Positions 28,832 to 39,381 of a stretch of DNA of 64,000 nucleotides are shown in pieces; the stretch's first letter is position 1; each line of letters starts with the position of its first letter. The stretch covers positions 54,116-118,115 of the forward strand of contig JACRCD010000044.1 of assembly GCA_016219175.1 (NCBI GenBank), in the 5' to 3' direction. A program made the position numbers and the translations under genes. The stretch is from Deltaproteobacteria bacterium. Its GTDB lineage: Bacteria; Desulfobacterota; Desulfobulbia; Desulfobulbales; SURF-16. The notes under the pieces are model-generated. The model was given only the letters and a program-made list of their open reading frames with translations. It had not been told where the DNA came from and made no database searches.

Positions 28832-29464
28832 GTGCAAGCAGGAATATGGAAAATAAATCCGGAAAATGTCATGGCCTGCCCCTATTGCGATCTGCTGCTG
28901 AAAAAGGTCGGGCTTGAGCGGGGACAGAAAGCGGTCTGCCCCAGGTGCGGCCATCTGCTCTATGCCTCGAAAAAAAATTCGGTTGACAAGACCCTCGCTC
29001 TTTCTTTTTCCGGGTTGGTTTTCTATCTTCCCGCCAACTTCATGCCGCTCATGACCCTTGATACCCTTGGCATTGAAAAGAGTGCTTCCATCTATGACGG
29101 GGCTGTCGCCCTTTACCAGCATCATTATTTTTTCGTAGCGGGGATGGTGGTAGTGACCAGTCTTGTTTTTCCCCTGATCAAGATCTCCATTCTTTTTCTC
29201 GTCTCCCTGGCGCTCAAGCTGCGATTTTATCCTCCGGGCCTTCCTCTGCTGATGCGCTGGTACCGTCACCTTGACGAATGGGGGATGCTTGAGGTCTACA
29301 TGGTCGGCATATTGGTGACAATTGTTAAAATGTATCATACGGCGCATATCCGGTATGATGCCGGATTCTTTTGTTTTATTGCCCTGTTGCTGGTCGCCCT
29401 CGGTTCTTCGGTGACCATGGATAAACATCTTTTCTGGCGTCTCATTGAGAAAAAAGGGCAATGA
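28832..29464 (+). CDS. pqiA: PqiA/LetA-family membrane protein, N-terminal half
   Basis: CPYC..CPRC zinc ribbon, LPAN..P, WGMLEVY. Confidence 0.9.
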   Translation: MQAGIWKINPENVMACPYCDLLLKKVGLERGQKAVCPRCGHLLYASKKNSVDKTLALSFSGLVFYLPANFMPLMTLDTLGIEKSASIYDGAVALYQHHYFFVAGMVVVTSLVFPLIKISILFLVSLALKLRFYPPGLPLLMRWYRHLDEWGMLEVYMVGILVTIVKMYHTAHIRYDAGFFCFIALLLVALGSSVTMDKHLFWRLIEKKGQ

Positions 29465-30123
29465 ATCCTATCCGCTACACGGAAAACTCCCAGGGCATGA
29501 CCGGCAAGGGCGGCTTTCTCACCGCCAGGGCGGCGGGGCTTGTCCTGTGTGATGACTGCCACAAGCTTATGCCATGTCAAAACCAGGCGGGACAGCGGGT
29601 TTCCTTCTGCCCGCGCTGCGGGGCAAGCGTGCATATGCGCAAACCGCAAAGTCTCAGCCGCACCTGGGCCCTGGTGATAACCGCCGTTATTCTTTCGCTT
29701 CCGGCCAACATGCTGCCGATCATGCAGGTGGATCGTCTCGGGGCTTCCGACTATTCCACCATCATGGACGGTATCATTTATTTTTTTGAGGAAGGTTCCT
29801 ATGGTATCGGCATCATCATCCTGACCGCCAGCGTGCTGGTGCCCTGTTTTAAGATTTTCGGCATTATGCTGATCCTGCTGTCGATCCATTACAAATGGAA
29901 AAGCTGGCTCAGGCATAAGACGTTGCTGTTTCGCATTATAGAATTTGTCGGGCGCTGGTCGATGCTTGATATCTTCGTCATTGCCCTTCTGCAGGTGCTG
30001 GTGAGCTTCGGTTACCTGAGCTCCGTCGCCTCGGGGCCGGCCGCGACTTATTTCGCCGGTGTTGTGCTGTCAACCATGCTTGCCGCCGTTACTTTTGATC
30101 CCCGCCTGCTGTGGGACGCATAA
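29461..30123 (+). CDS. pqiA: PqiA/LetA-family membrane protein, C-terminal half
   Basis: CDDC..CPRC, LPANMLPIM, GRWSMLDIF, FDPRLLWD. Confidence 0.92.
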   Translation: MNPIRYTENSQGMTGKGGFLTARAAGLVLCDDCHKLMPCQNQAGQRVSFCPRCGASVHMRKPQSLSRTWALVITAVILSLPANMLPIMQVDRLGASDYSTIMDGIIYFFEEGSYGIGIIILTASVLVPCFKIFGIMLILLSIHYKWKSWLRHKTLLFRIIEFVGRWSMLDIFVIALLQVLVSFGYLSSVASGPAATYFAGVVLSTMLAAVTFDPRLLWDA

Positions 30124-30141
30124 TCATATTGAGGAAGAACC

Positions 30142-32844
30142 ATGCTGGCGCCTGATGTGAAGAAGAGAAGAGGAATTTCCCCGATCTGGATACTGCCCAT
30201 TGTGGCCCTGCTGATCGGCGGCTGGCTGCTCTATAAGGCGATGCGGGAGGCGCCGGTGGAAATTGTCATCCACTTTGACAGCGCCGAGGGGGTGACAGCG
30301 GGTAAGACGAAGGTGATGTATCTGGGAATTCCGGTGGGGGTTGTGCGAGATATCGTGGTGGACAGGGGATTGCAGTCTGTTTCCCTGATTATTGATATGG
30401 ACCGGCGGACGGAAGAAGGGTTGGTTGAGGACATGGCCTTCTGGATCGTCAGGCCGGAGGTGTCGGCCGGCAGGATAAGCGGCCTTGAGACACTGGTTTC
30501 CGGCAGCTATATAGAAACCCGCAAAGGGGTGAGCAAGGTTTCCTGCCGGGAGTTCATGGGGCTGCCCCACGCCCCTGCCGTCCCCGCCAATGCGCGTGGT
30601 CTGCATTTCAAATTGCAGGCTGACGAACTGGGCTCCGTGCAGAGAGGAACAAGGATCTTTTTCAAGAACATAGAGGTGGGCGCGGTACAGGGCTATGCCC
30701 TCGAAGATGGCGAGAGGGTGACCATCGACGGTTATATCGAGCCGCAATATAAAGATCTGGTCAGAAAGGAAACCCGTTTCTGGAACAGCAGCGGCATTAC
30801 CTTCAAGGGTGATCTGTCCGGATTTAAAATACATCTGGAAAGCATGGCCTCCCTCATATACGGAGGCATCAGCCTCTATACCCCGGAAGAAAAAAAGGAC
30901 AGTCCGGCCGCCGAAAACGGCCAGCTTTATGCCTTATACAAGGATTTTGATGAGGCTGACTACGGCATCAAGATGACCCTGCAGCTCCCGTCGGCCATGG
31001 GTTTGGCCTCGGGATCGTCCAAGGTGATGTTCCGCGGCTTTGAAATCGGTATCGTCAAGAATCTGACCTTTAATCAGGACGAGAAACACAGCGTCACCGC
31101 CCATATTCTCATGGACCCGAGCGCTGAGTTTGTTCTCAGAAAAGAGACGAAGTTCTGGGTTGTCAAACCGCAGCTGTCCGTCAATCGGGTGGGAAATCTT
31201 GAGACACTGGTAAAGGGCTCCTATATTTCCTTGCAGCCGGGCGGAGGCGAGACCTGCGACCGTTTCCACGTGCACGAGCAGCCCAGTTACGATGAGATTC
31301 TGGAACCAGGCAAAAGGTTCACCCTGGTGACGGATAATTCCAGGTCCTTTTCTCTCGGCGCTCCGGTATTGTACCGGAAACTGCAGGTGGGCGAGATCAC
31401 GGGTTTTGACCTTGCTCCGGACGGCAACCGTGTGCTGGCGGTTATTTTCATCCGGGAAAAGTTTGCCCATCTTGTCAGAAGCGATTCGGTTTTCTGGAAG
31501 GCCGGCGGGATCAAGGTCGAGGCCGGTCTGGACGGCATCAATGTGGAAACCGAGACGATTACCTCCATGATTGCCGGCGGGGTGGCTTTTGCCAGCCGGG
31601 AGCTTGAACAGGGGGCTGATGCCTCCGCGGCAAAAGAAAATACGAGCTTTAAACTGTTCGAGAATTATAATGAGGCGGCGGATGCTGTTACCTTTTTGAA
31701 ACCCAAAGGGCTATCCTTACGAATTCGAACATCGAGCCTGAAATCCTTTGCCGCCGGCTCGCCCATCCTGTTTAAACAGATCGAGGTGGGGGAGATAACG
31801 GGATTTTCTCTTGATGAAAAGGGTCAGGATATCATTCTGGATGTTTTTATTGCGGAAAAGTATGCCCATCTGCTTAAAAAGACGAGCAGGTTCTATAATG
31901 TGAGCGGCATCAGTGTGGAGGGCAGTCTTGCCGGCATCCGGCTGAGTACCGGCTCGCTCAAGAGCATTGTTGAGGGGGGGATCGCCTTTTATAATCCCGG
32001 CAAAGGGGGGCCGGCAGGGGAAAATGACCTCTTTGCCCTTTATGACGATTTCCAGGCGGCCGAGGATGCGGATAAAACAGAGCTGACTCTGCATTTTACC
32101 ACGCCCGGCGGGCTGAAGAAAGGGATCGAAATCAGGTGCCAGGGAATAAAAATCGGCGAGGTGAAGACGGTTCACTACGGCCGCGACAGGCAGTCCGTTG
32201 TTGCCCAGGCCCTGGCCGACCGGGGCGCTGAGACCTTTTTCCGTCAGGATACGCGGGTCTGGCTGGTAAGCCCGGAATTTAATCTTTCCGGGGTTAGAAA
32301 TCTGGATACGGTTATTTCCGGACCGTATATTGAGGTGATGCCCGGGAAAGGGGAGATAACAACAGAGCTTGCGGCAGCTGAGACCCCTCCCCTGACGAAC
32401 GGGGCGCAGGGCGGGCTTGATATCGTGCTGGAAACCGCAACCCTCGGTTCCCTGAAAAGAAACTCACCGCTGTATTACCGCCAGGTCCCCGTGGGCTCCG
32501 TGACCGGGGTTGAGCTCTCTCCTTCGGCGCAGCAGGTGTGGGTGCATGTGTTCATAAAAAAACCGTATGACGCCTTGATCCATGAGAATACCAGATTCTG
32601 GAATTCCAGCGGCATCAGGGTCGACGCCGGCCTTTTTTCCGGGCTGCGGGTCGATACGGAATCGGTTGAAGCAATCATGGCCGGGGGCATCAGTCTGGCA
32701 ACCCCCGAGGGAAGCGGGATGGGCCCAGAGGCGGGACCAGGCCAACATTTTCTGCTGCGGGACAAAGCCGAGGAAGACTGGCTCACCTGGAACCCGGCCA
32801 TCCCTCTGGAAAATGAAAGTAACATCGTGAAATATTATGAGTGA
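30142..32844 (+). CDS. letB: multi-MCE lipid tunnel protein, LetB/YebT type (about 7 MCE domains)
   Basis: SPIWILP N-terminus, seven repeats of the G..V.Y/F.G..VG.V..FW pattern over 900 aa. Confidence 0.85.
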   Translation: MLAPDVKKRRGISPIWILPIVALLIGGWLLYKAMREAPVEIVIHFDSAEGVTAGKTKVMYLGIPVGVVRDIVVDRGLQSVSLIIDMDRRTEEGLVEDMAFWIVRPEVSAGRISGLETLVSGSYIETRKGVSKVSCREFMGLPHAPAVPANARGLHFKLQADELGSVQRGTRIFFKNIEVGAVQGYALEDGERVTIDGYIEPQYKDLVRKETRFWNSSGITFKGDLSGFKIHLESMASLIYGGISLYTPEEKKDSPAAENGQLYALYKDFDEADYGIKMTLQLPSAMGLASGSSKVMFRGFEIGIVKNLTFNQDEKHSVTAHILMDPSAEFVLRKETKFWVVKPQLSVNRVGNLETLVKGSYISLQPGGGETCDRFHVHEQPSYDEILEPGKRFTLVTDNSRSFSLGAPVLYRKLQVGEITGFDLAPDGNRVLAVIFIREKFAHLVRSDSVFWKAGGIKVEAGLDGINVETETITSMIAGGVAFASRELEQGADASAAKENTSFKLFENYNEAADAVTFLKPKGLSLRIRTSSLKSFAAGSPILFKQIEVGEITGFSLDEKGQDIILDVFIAEKYAHLLKKTSRFYNVSGISVEGSLAGIRLSTGSLKSIVEGGIAFYNPGKGGPAGENDLFALYDDFQAAEDADKTELTLHFTTPGGLKKGIEIRCQGIKIGEVKTVHYGRDRQSVVAQALADRGAETFFRQDTRVWLVSPEFNLSGVRNLDTVISGPYIEVMPGKGEITTELAAAETPPLTNGAQGGLDIVLETATLGSLKRNSPLYYRQVPVGSVTGVELSPSAQQVWVHVFIKKPYDALIHENTRFWNSSGIRVDAGLFSGLRVDTESVEAIMAGGISLATPEGSGMGPEAGPGQHFLLRDKAEEDWLTWNPAIPLENESNIVKYYE

Positions 32845-35590
32845 ACGACAGAAAATAATAGCCATCTTCAGCGCGACAATCGTTCTTCTCATCTCGCTGG
32901 TTTCCGGGGGCAGCATCTTTTTTCTCTATAAAACAGCCATCAGGGAGCAGGGCGTCAGACTGCTTGAAATGGTCATAGACAGGGCGCATGTCATTGAAGC
33001 CCTCAGCAAGGAGCTGGAACATTCCTCAGCGGGCAATACGTCCAAATCCGTGGCTAAGGGGAAAGAGGATCTGCTGCTGAAGCTCATGCAGCATGCCTCG
33101 GAAAAGCCTGCATATAATGAGCGCATGGCCTCTCTTTTTTCCGGTGCGGGGGAAAAGAGTCCGGAAACACTGGAGTTCGTCATCGGCCGTCTGGTCGACG
33201 GCAAGGCTTTTTTCATCAACTCGCTCGGCAACGAGATGCAGCCCATGCCCTTTGACCGGGTGCGGTTTAAACCGATCGGCCTGGCCATGTCCGGGCAAAC
33301 CGGGGTGAAGCAGATGCCTGATCATCTCGGCGTGCCCTCGCTGGTGGCCTATACCCATATCGAGGCAACCAACTGGGGGCTTGCCGCTAAAATCTCCATT
33401 GTGGACCTGCGCTCCGCCTTTTTACGGGCGAGTCTCCTGTCCGTGGGCATTGCCCTGCTTCTCCTGCTGGCCGGGGTTGTCGTTCTCCTGGCCATTGTCA
33501 ACCCGCTTGTCGCCAATCTGGAAAGCGCCAGGGATCAGGCCGCTGCCGCCAGTCGCGCCAAAAGTGAATTTCTGGCCAATATCAGCCATGAGATCCGCAC
33601 GCCGATGAACGGCATCATCGGCATGAGCGACCTTGCCCTGCAGACTGATCTCACTGTTGAGCAGCGCTCCTATCTCAAGACCGTGCAGAGCTCCGCCAAG
33701 AATCTGCTCGGACTGCTCAATGATGTCCTTGATTTTTCCAAGATCGAAGCGGGTCAGCTGGAAATGGAGATTCTGCCTTTTGATCTGCGGGAAACCATCG
33801 AGACCTGTGTGCAGACATTCGCCGCCCAGGCCCACGATAAGAATGTGGAGCTCTTTACCCACCTGCCGGCTGAAATCGAGACGGACCTGGCCGGTGATCA
33901 GCTGCGTTTGAGCCAGATACTCTTTAATCTGGTGAGCAACGCCGTCAAATTTACCCCCTCCGGGGAGATCGTCGTCCGGGTTGAACATGAGGAAGCGGTT
34001 GAGACCGGGGATGGGTCCATCCCCCTGCATTTTTCCGTTTCCGACACGGGCGCCGGCATCGCCCCCGGCAAACAGGAGATGATCTTTGACAGTTTCAGTC
34101 AGGCGGATAGTTCGGTGGCCCGTCTGCATGGGGGAACGGGGCTCGGACTTTCCATCGCCAAAAAACTCGTGGAAATGATGGGTGGCAGGATCTGGTTGGA
34201 AAGCACTCCCGAGGTCGGCAGCGTCTTTCATTTTACCGCCCGTTTCCGGCCAGGGGCGCCCGGCAAGCAATCTGCGGCCTTCCTCAAGGACACTGCCGCA
34301 TTTCCCGTGCTAGTGGTCGATGACAACGAGACAAACCGTTATATTCTCAAGGAAATTTTAAGGAGCTGGAATTTTCCCGTGTCCGAGGCGGCCTCGGCCG
34401 AGGAGGCGCGGCGGGAGGTGGACCGTGCCAACCGAACGTCCCACCCGTACAAACTCCTTATCCTTGATTACCGCATGGGCGCCCTGAGCGGACTGGATCT
34501 GGCGGAACAGCTGTGCGAAAGCCCAGGCGAGTCCATGATGACCTTTATTATCCTTTCCTCCGCGGTGGAGCAAGGGGTTTCCCGGAGGTGCCAGGGCATC
34601 AATAAATGTTTTTTCCTCATGAAGCCTTTTAAAAAGGATGAGCTGGCGCGCTGCATCATGTCCGCCATGAATGGCGAACATGATGCCCGCCCCAGCGAGA
34701 AAAACGCTGACTTTGCCCGCCCTGGCCGGCTCGTTACCGTTCTGCTGGCGGAGGATCACCAGGTTAACAGGGATCTGGCCAGGATCATGCTCGAACAGAA
34801 AGGATACAAGGTGCGGGAGGCTGAAAATGGCCTTGATGCTCTTCGTTCCCTGGCGGACAGCAGGGTTGACCTTGTGCTGATGGATGTGCAGATGCCGGTC
34901 ATGGATGGTTTTGCGGCAACCAGGATTATCCGTCTCTGTGAGAACGGTCAGCCCGATGAGGTCTTGCGGCTTTTTCCGGTGCTTGGCGAACAAGGTTATG
35001 AAGGGCTGGCGCGGAAAATTTCAGCCGTCTGGAATGGCAGGCATCTGCCCATTGTGGCCATGACCGCGCATGCCATGCAGAAGGATAGACAGCAATGCCT
35101 TGATATGGGCATGGATGGCTATCTTACCAAGCCTTTCAATGCCCCGGCCCTTTATCAGGTGATTGAAAGTTTGACCGGCAGCCCGGATCCCCAAGGCCAA
35201 GGGGGTAGTGCCGGAGAACTGCCGGAAATTTCAGCCGAGCAGGCTGCCACGGTGCTTGATGCCGTGCGCCATAAACTCAAGCAACAATACAATCTGCAAC
35301 CGGAAAAGATCGGGGAAATTCTGAGGACTACGGTGAAAAGCCTGAAGAAGAATCTGGAAGAGGCGGAACGGGCTGAAGTCCTTGGCGACCACAAGGCGCT
35401 CACTTACGCCGCCCACGGCATGAAGGGCATTCTTCTTAATTTTTCACTTGAGGAACAGGCCGCTTTGGCCAGCCGTCTTGAGCTTGCGGCCAGAGAGGAG
35501 ACGCCGGCGCCTTTCAAGCAGATGCTTGCCGAGCTGCGCCGGAGTCTGGCCGGTTTTTTTGCGGAACAGGTTGCCGGAAAAGAAAAATAA
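32837..35590 (+). CDS. membrane hybrid sensor kinase (Cache-like, HisKA, HATPase, 2 REC, Hpt)
   Basis: Two TMs, [23 protein letters not shown], two receivers, AHGMKG. Confidence 0.94.
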   Translation: MSERQKIIAIFSATIVLLISLVSGGSIFFLYKTAIREQGVRLLEMVIDRAHVIEALSKELEHSSAGNTSKSVAKGKEDLLLKLMQHASEKPAYNERMASLFSGAGEKSPETLEFVIGRLVDGKAFFINSLGNEMQPMPFDRVRFKPIGLAMSGQTGVKQMPDHLGVPSLVAYTHIEATNWGLAAKISIVDLRSAFLRASLLSVGIALLLLLAGVVVLLAIVNPLVANLESARDQAAAASRAKSEFLANISHEIRTPMNGIIGMSDLALQTDLTVEQRSYLKTVQSSAKNLLGLLNDVLDFSKIEAGQLEMEILPFDLRETIETCVQTFAAQAHDKNVELFTHLPAEIETDLAGDQLRLSQILFNLVSNAVKFTPSGEIVVRVEHEEAVETGDGSIPLHFSVSDTGAGIAPGKQEMIFDSFSQADSSVARLHGGTGLGLSIAKKLVEMMGGRIWLESTPEVGSVFHFTARFRPGAPGKQSAAFLKDTAAFPVLVVDDNETNRYILKEILRSWNFPVSEAASAEEARREVDRANRTSHPYKLLILDYRMGALSGLDLAEQLCESPGESMMTFIILSSAVEQGVSRRCQGINKCFFLMKPFKKDELARCIMSAMNGEHDARPSEKNADFARPGRLVTVLLAEDHQVNRDLARIMLEQKGYKVREAENGLDALRSLADSRVDLVLMDVQMPVMDGFAATRIIRLCENGQPDEVLRLFPVLGEQGYEGLARKISAVWNGRHLPIVAMTAHAMQKDRQQCLDMGMDGYLTKPFNAPALYQVIESLTGSPDPQGQGGSAGELPEISAEQAATVLDAVRHKLKQQYNLQPEKIGEILRTTVKSLKKNLEEAERAEVLGDHKALTYAAHGMKGILLNFSLEEQAALASRLELAAREETPAPFKQMLAELRRSLAGFFAEQVAGKEK

Positions 35591-35696
35591 AGCTGACCGG
35601 AATATCATTTCAGAGGTTCTATCCAGGCTCCGTCTTCCGGCGGTCTATTCTGAAAAAAAAGCATGAAAATCTGTCAAACCGGAATCGAGGAAAGCA

Positions 35697-38087
35697 ATGT
35701 TATTTTTGCCGCAATCAAAAGAATTTCATCATCTGCTTGACCAGATTTTTCGTATAGCCGGTAACGGCATGCGGGTGATTGACAAGGACTTTACCGTCCT
35801 CAAGGTCAATGACGTTTTCGCCGCTTTAGCGGGATCAAGCAGAGAGGAGCTGGAAGGGAAGAAATGTTATGAGGAATTCCCCGGCCCTGTCTGCCATACC
35901 GAACTTTGCCCCCTGGCCCTTCTGCGGGAAGGCAAGGAAAGTGTGGAATTCGTGGCTGGGAAAGTCCGCCCGGACGGCTCCACAATCACCTGCCGTCTGC
36001 GGGCCGCGCCCCTCAAAAACGAAGAAGGTGAGTTCCTCGGCATTCTTGAGGATTTTCATGATATCAGCGAAATGTTGCAGGCGGAGCAGACCCTGCGCAT
36101 GGCCAAGGAGGTTGCGGAAGCGGCCAATGAAGCCAAAAGCGAGTTCATGGCCAATATGAGCCACGAAATACGCACCCCCTTGAATGGTATCATGGGGATG
36201 ACCGAGCTGGTGCTGGGTACGGAACTCTCTTCCGACCAGCGGCGTTTTCTGGAAATGGTTAAAACCTCGGCGAACCGGTTACTGGATGTGGTCAACGAGG
36301 TGCTTGATTTTTCCAAGATTGAGGCCGGCTCCTTCGAAATTGAACATATACCGTTCAGTCTCGCCGATGTTGTCGGTAACTCCTTGAAGATGCTGGCCTT
36401 CAAGGCCCATGATAAAGGCTTGAAGCTCACCTACGAAATTGAACAGGACCTGTTTGACGGCTTTATCGGTGATCCGGGCCGTTTGCGGCAATTGCTCGTT
36501 AATCTGGTCAGCAACAGTATAAAATTTACCAGGGCGGGGGAGATTTCCGTCACCGTCAGGCAGACAAAAACTCCGGGGCCATCCGGCGTTTTTACAGTGC
36601 AGAAGGGGCTCCGGGACATGGCCTTGCAATTCACGGTATCGGATACCGGCATCGGCATTGCGCCTGAGATGCAGGAAAATATTTTCAAGGCCTTCAGTCA
36701 GGTGGACGGTTCCACGACACGCAGGTATGGCGGCGCCGGCCTCGGGCTGACCATCTGCGCCCAGCTGGTTAATATGATGGGTGGTGAGATATGGCTGGAA
36801 AGCGAGCAGGGCAAGGGGGCAACCTTCCATTTTATTCTGTTGCTGCAGACCCAGGCCCATCAGGTCCAGGCCTTCGAGCCTGTGCCGGTCAGCGAGCTGC
36901 AGCACCGGTCCTTTCTGGTGGTTGCCACCAATCCCTCCGGCCGTTTCGTCATCAAGGAAATGCTGAATGAATGGACAACAGGGGTGCAGATTGCCAATTC
37001 AGCGGATGATGCCCTCAAGATGTCCGAGGAGAATCCTTACGATATCATTATTCTCGATTCCCTGCCTTCCCACGACCATGTCTTCGATCTTGCCGAAAAA
37101 CTGCGCAACATCAGCAAGTCGGCGAAATTGATCATGCTGACTTCCACGGGGCAGCGGGGGGACGCGCTGCGTTGCAAGGAAGTCGGCATATCCTCCTATC
37201 TCTTGAAGCCGGTAAGCAAAACAGAACTTCTGGAGGCCATACGCACGGTGCTGAGCAGGCAGGGGGCAGGCGATATGGATCTCCCGCTGGTGACCCGGCA
37301 TTCGATCAGGGAAAATCAGCATACCCTCAATATCCTGCTGGCCGAGGATGAGGAGATCAACAGGGTGCTGGCTGTTGAGTTGATTCGCGCTGAAGGATGG
37401 CGGGTGACAACGGCGGAAAACGGCCGGCAGGTTCTGGCTGCCTTGAAGGATGATGCCTTCCATGTTGTTATCATGGACATCCAGATGCCGGAAATGGATG
37501 GACTCGAGGCGGTCTCCCTCATCCGTAAAAGGGAGAAACAGACCGGCGAGCATATCCCGGTCATTGCCCTGACCGCTCATGCGCTGACCGTGGACCGGCA
37601 GAGATGTCTTGACGCCGGAATGGACGGTTATGCCGCCAAACCCATCGACATGAACTTGCTGAGAGGTGAGATTGAGCGGGTGCTTGGCAAGGATCTGAGC
37701 ATGAAGACGGTGACCCTCACCCCGAGAAGAAAGGGTTCGGAATTTCTTGATTATGACGCCTTTCTCTATGACAGCTGTAATGGCAAGGTTGAGCTGGCCA
37801 AGAAACTGCTCAGGCATCTGCTGCATGTCAGCGGCCCCCAGTGGCTGCGCGAGGCTGAAGCGGCCGTGCTGGCCCGGGACGAGGCGCGCATCAGGAAGGT
37901 CTGTCATTCCCTCAAGGGCACTGCCGCCACGGTGTGCGCCAATGCCTTTGCCGAGGCCGGCGCTCGTCTCGGCAAACTGGCCCGGGACGGGAAAATGGAG
38001 GAAACGCCAAAGGGTCTGGAGCAGCTCAAAAAAGAATTCAACCGGATTGTGGAATGGGCCAGGGCCAGCGAGCTTGATTTAATGTGA
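35697..38087 (+). CDS. cytoplasmic PAS hybrid kinase (PAS, HisKA, HATPase, degenerate REC, REC, Hpt)
   Basis: PAS with GKKCYE..CHTELCP, SHEIRTPLNG, MDIQMP, CHSLKG. Confidence 0.94.
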   Translation: MLFLPQSKEFHHLLDQIFRIAGNGMRVIDKDFTVLKVNDVFAALAGSSREELEGKKCYEEFPGPVCHTELCPLALLREGKESVEFVAGKVRPDGSTITCRLRAAPLKNEEGEFLGILEDFHDISEMLQAEQTLRMAKEVAEAANEAKSEFMANMSHEIRTPLNGIMGMTELVLGTELSSDQRRFLEMVKTSANRLLDVVNEVLDFSKIEAGSFEIEHIPFSLADVVGNSLKMLAFKAHDKGLKLTYEIEQDLFDGFIGDPGRLRQLLVNLVSNSIKFTRAGEISVTVRQTKTPGPSGVFTVQKGLRDMALQFTVSDTGIGIAPEMQENIFKAFSQVDGSTTRRYGGAGLGLTICAQLVNMMGGEIWLESEQGKGATFHFILLLQTQAHQVQAFEPVPVSELQHRSFLVVATNPSGRFVIKEMLNEWTTGVQIANSADDALKMSEENPYDIIILDSLPSHDHVFDLAEKLRNISKSAKLIMLTSTGQRGDALRCKEVGISSYLLKPVSKTELLEAIRTVLSRQGAGDMDLPLVTRHSIRENQHTLNILLAEDEEINRVLAVELIRAEGWRVTTAENGRQVLAALKDDAFHVVIMDIQMPEMDGLEAVSLIRKREKQTGEHIPVIALTAHALTVDRQRCLDAGMDGYAAKPIDMNLLRGEIERVLGKDLSMKTVTLTPRRKGSEFLDYDAFLYDSCNGKVELAKKLLRHLLHVSGPQWLREAEAAVLARDEARIRKVCHSLKGTAATVCANAFAEAGARLGKLARDGKMEETPKGLEQLKKEFNRIVEWARASELDLM

Positions 38088-38121
38088 CGGCAGGTAATAG
38101 CCTAGCCTTTTCTAGGAATCC

Positions 38122-39381
38122 ATGTTCAAATTTCTCCATACAGCCGACATACATCTCGATAGCCCGTTAAAGGGGCTTGAGTCCTATGAGGACGCCCCGG
38201 TGCAAGAGATACGCGGGGCCACGCGGCGGGCCTTTGACAATTTAATTGACTTTGCCATCGAAGAGAAGGTTGATTTCATCCTCATTGCCGGAGATTTGTA
38301 TGATGGCGATTGGAAGGATTACAATACCGGCCTTTTTTTTATCAATCGCATGGGGCGGCTGCGGAGGGCTGGCATCAGGGTGTTCATCGTTTCAGGCAAT
38401 CATGATGCGGCAAGTCAAACCACCAAGGCATTGCCGCTGCCGGATAATGTTCTCCTGTTTTCCGCAAAAAAGGCTGAAACGAAAGTGCTGGATGAACTCA
38501 GGGTAGCCGTTCACGGTCATAGCTATCCGAGCCGGGTTGTGAATGAAAATCTCGCTTTGCGCTATCCCGGCAAACATGCCGGTTATTTCAATATCGGCCT
38601 GCTGCACACGGCCCTGACCGGCCGGGAAGGACATGAGCCGTACGCGCCCTGTTCGGTGGATGACTTGCGTGCCTCCGGATACGACTATTGGGCCCTGGGT
38701 CATGTGCACCAACAGGAAATTGTGGCTCGGGATCCGTGGATCGTCTTCCCCGGCAATCTTCAGGGACGCCACATCAGGGAGGTTGGCGCCAAAGGGGCGA
38801 CCCTGGTAACCGTTGCGGAAGGCAGGGTGACGGAGGTGGAGCAGCGGGAGTTCGATGTGCTGCGCTGGGCTCTGCGCCGGGTTGATGTGTCGGCCTGCGA
38901 GACGGTCGATGCTGTTTTCAGTCAGGTGCGACAGGCGATTGAGGGAGGGCAGGCGGCGGGTGACGGCAGACCCCTGGCCTTGCGGTTGATCCTTGCCGGC
39001 ACCCCTCCGGTGCATGGTGATCTTTTTGATCGGGCGGCCCAACTAATTGATGAGTTCCGGGCCGTGGCGGCCTCGGCAGGGGGGATGTGGCTGGAGAAAG
39101 TTCTCCTGCAGACCCGGCGGAGGACGGATCTGTCCGACATCGTCGGCCGGGATACAGCCTTGTCCGGTCTGCTTCATTCCCTGGCGGATCAACGGCTTGA
39201 TATTGAAGGGCTCTTTGACCTGCTGCCGGAACTGTCGGCCTTGAAAAGTAAACTGCCACCTGAGCTCTTTGCCGGAGACGAACCTTTCCTGGCCGACACC
39301 CCAGGGCAGATGGAGTTTTTGCGGTCTGAGGTAAGAGAGCTGCTGGTGGCTCGGCTGCTCCGGCATGGAGGCCATGGATGA
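38122..39381 (+). CDS. yhaO: YhaO-like Mre11/SbcD metallophosphoesterase (DNA repair exonuclease)
   Basis: HTADIHLDSP, AGDLYD, GNHD, WALGHVH, PGNLQGRH. Confidence 0.92.
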   Translation: MFKFLHTADIHLDSPLKGLESYEDAPVQEIRGATRRAFDNLIDFAIEEKVDFILIAGDLYDGDWKDYNTGLFFINRMGRLRRAGIRVFIVSGNHDAASQTTKALPLPDNVLLFSAKKAETKVLDELRVAVHGHSYPSRVVNENLALRYPGKHAGYFNIGLLHTALTGREGHEPYAPCSVDDLRASGYDYWALGHVHQQEIVARDPWIVFPGNLQGRHIREVGAKGATLVTVAEGRVTEVEQREFDVLRWALRRVDVSACETVDAVFSQVRQAIEGGQAAGDGRPLALRLILAGTPPVHGDLFDRAAQLIDEFRAVAASAGGMWLEKVLLQTRRRTDLSDIVGRDTALSGLLHSLADQRLDIEGLFDLLPELSALKSKLPPELFAGDEPFLADTPGQMEFLRSEVRELLVARLLRHGGHG

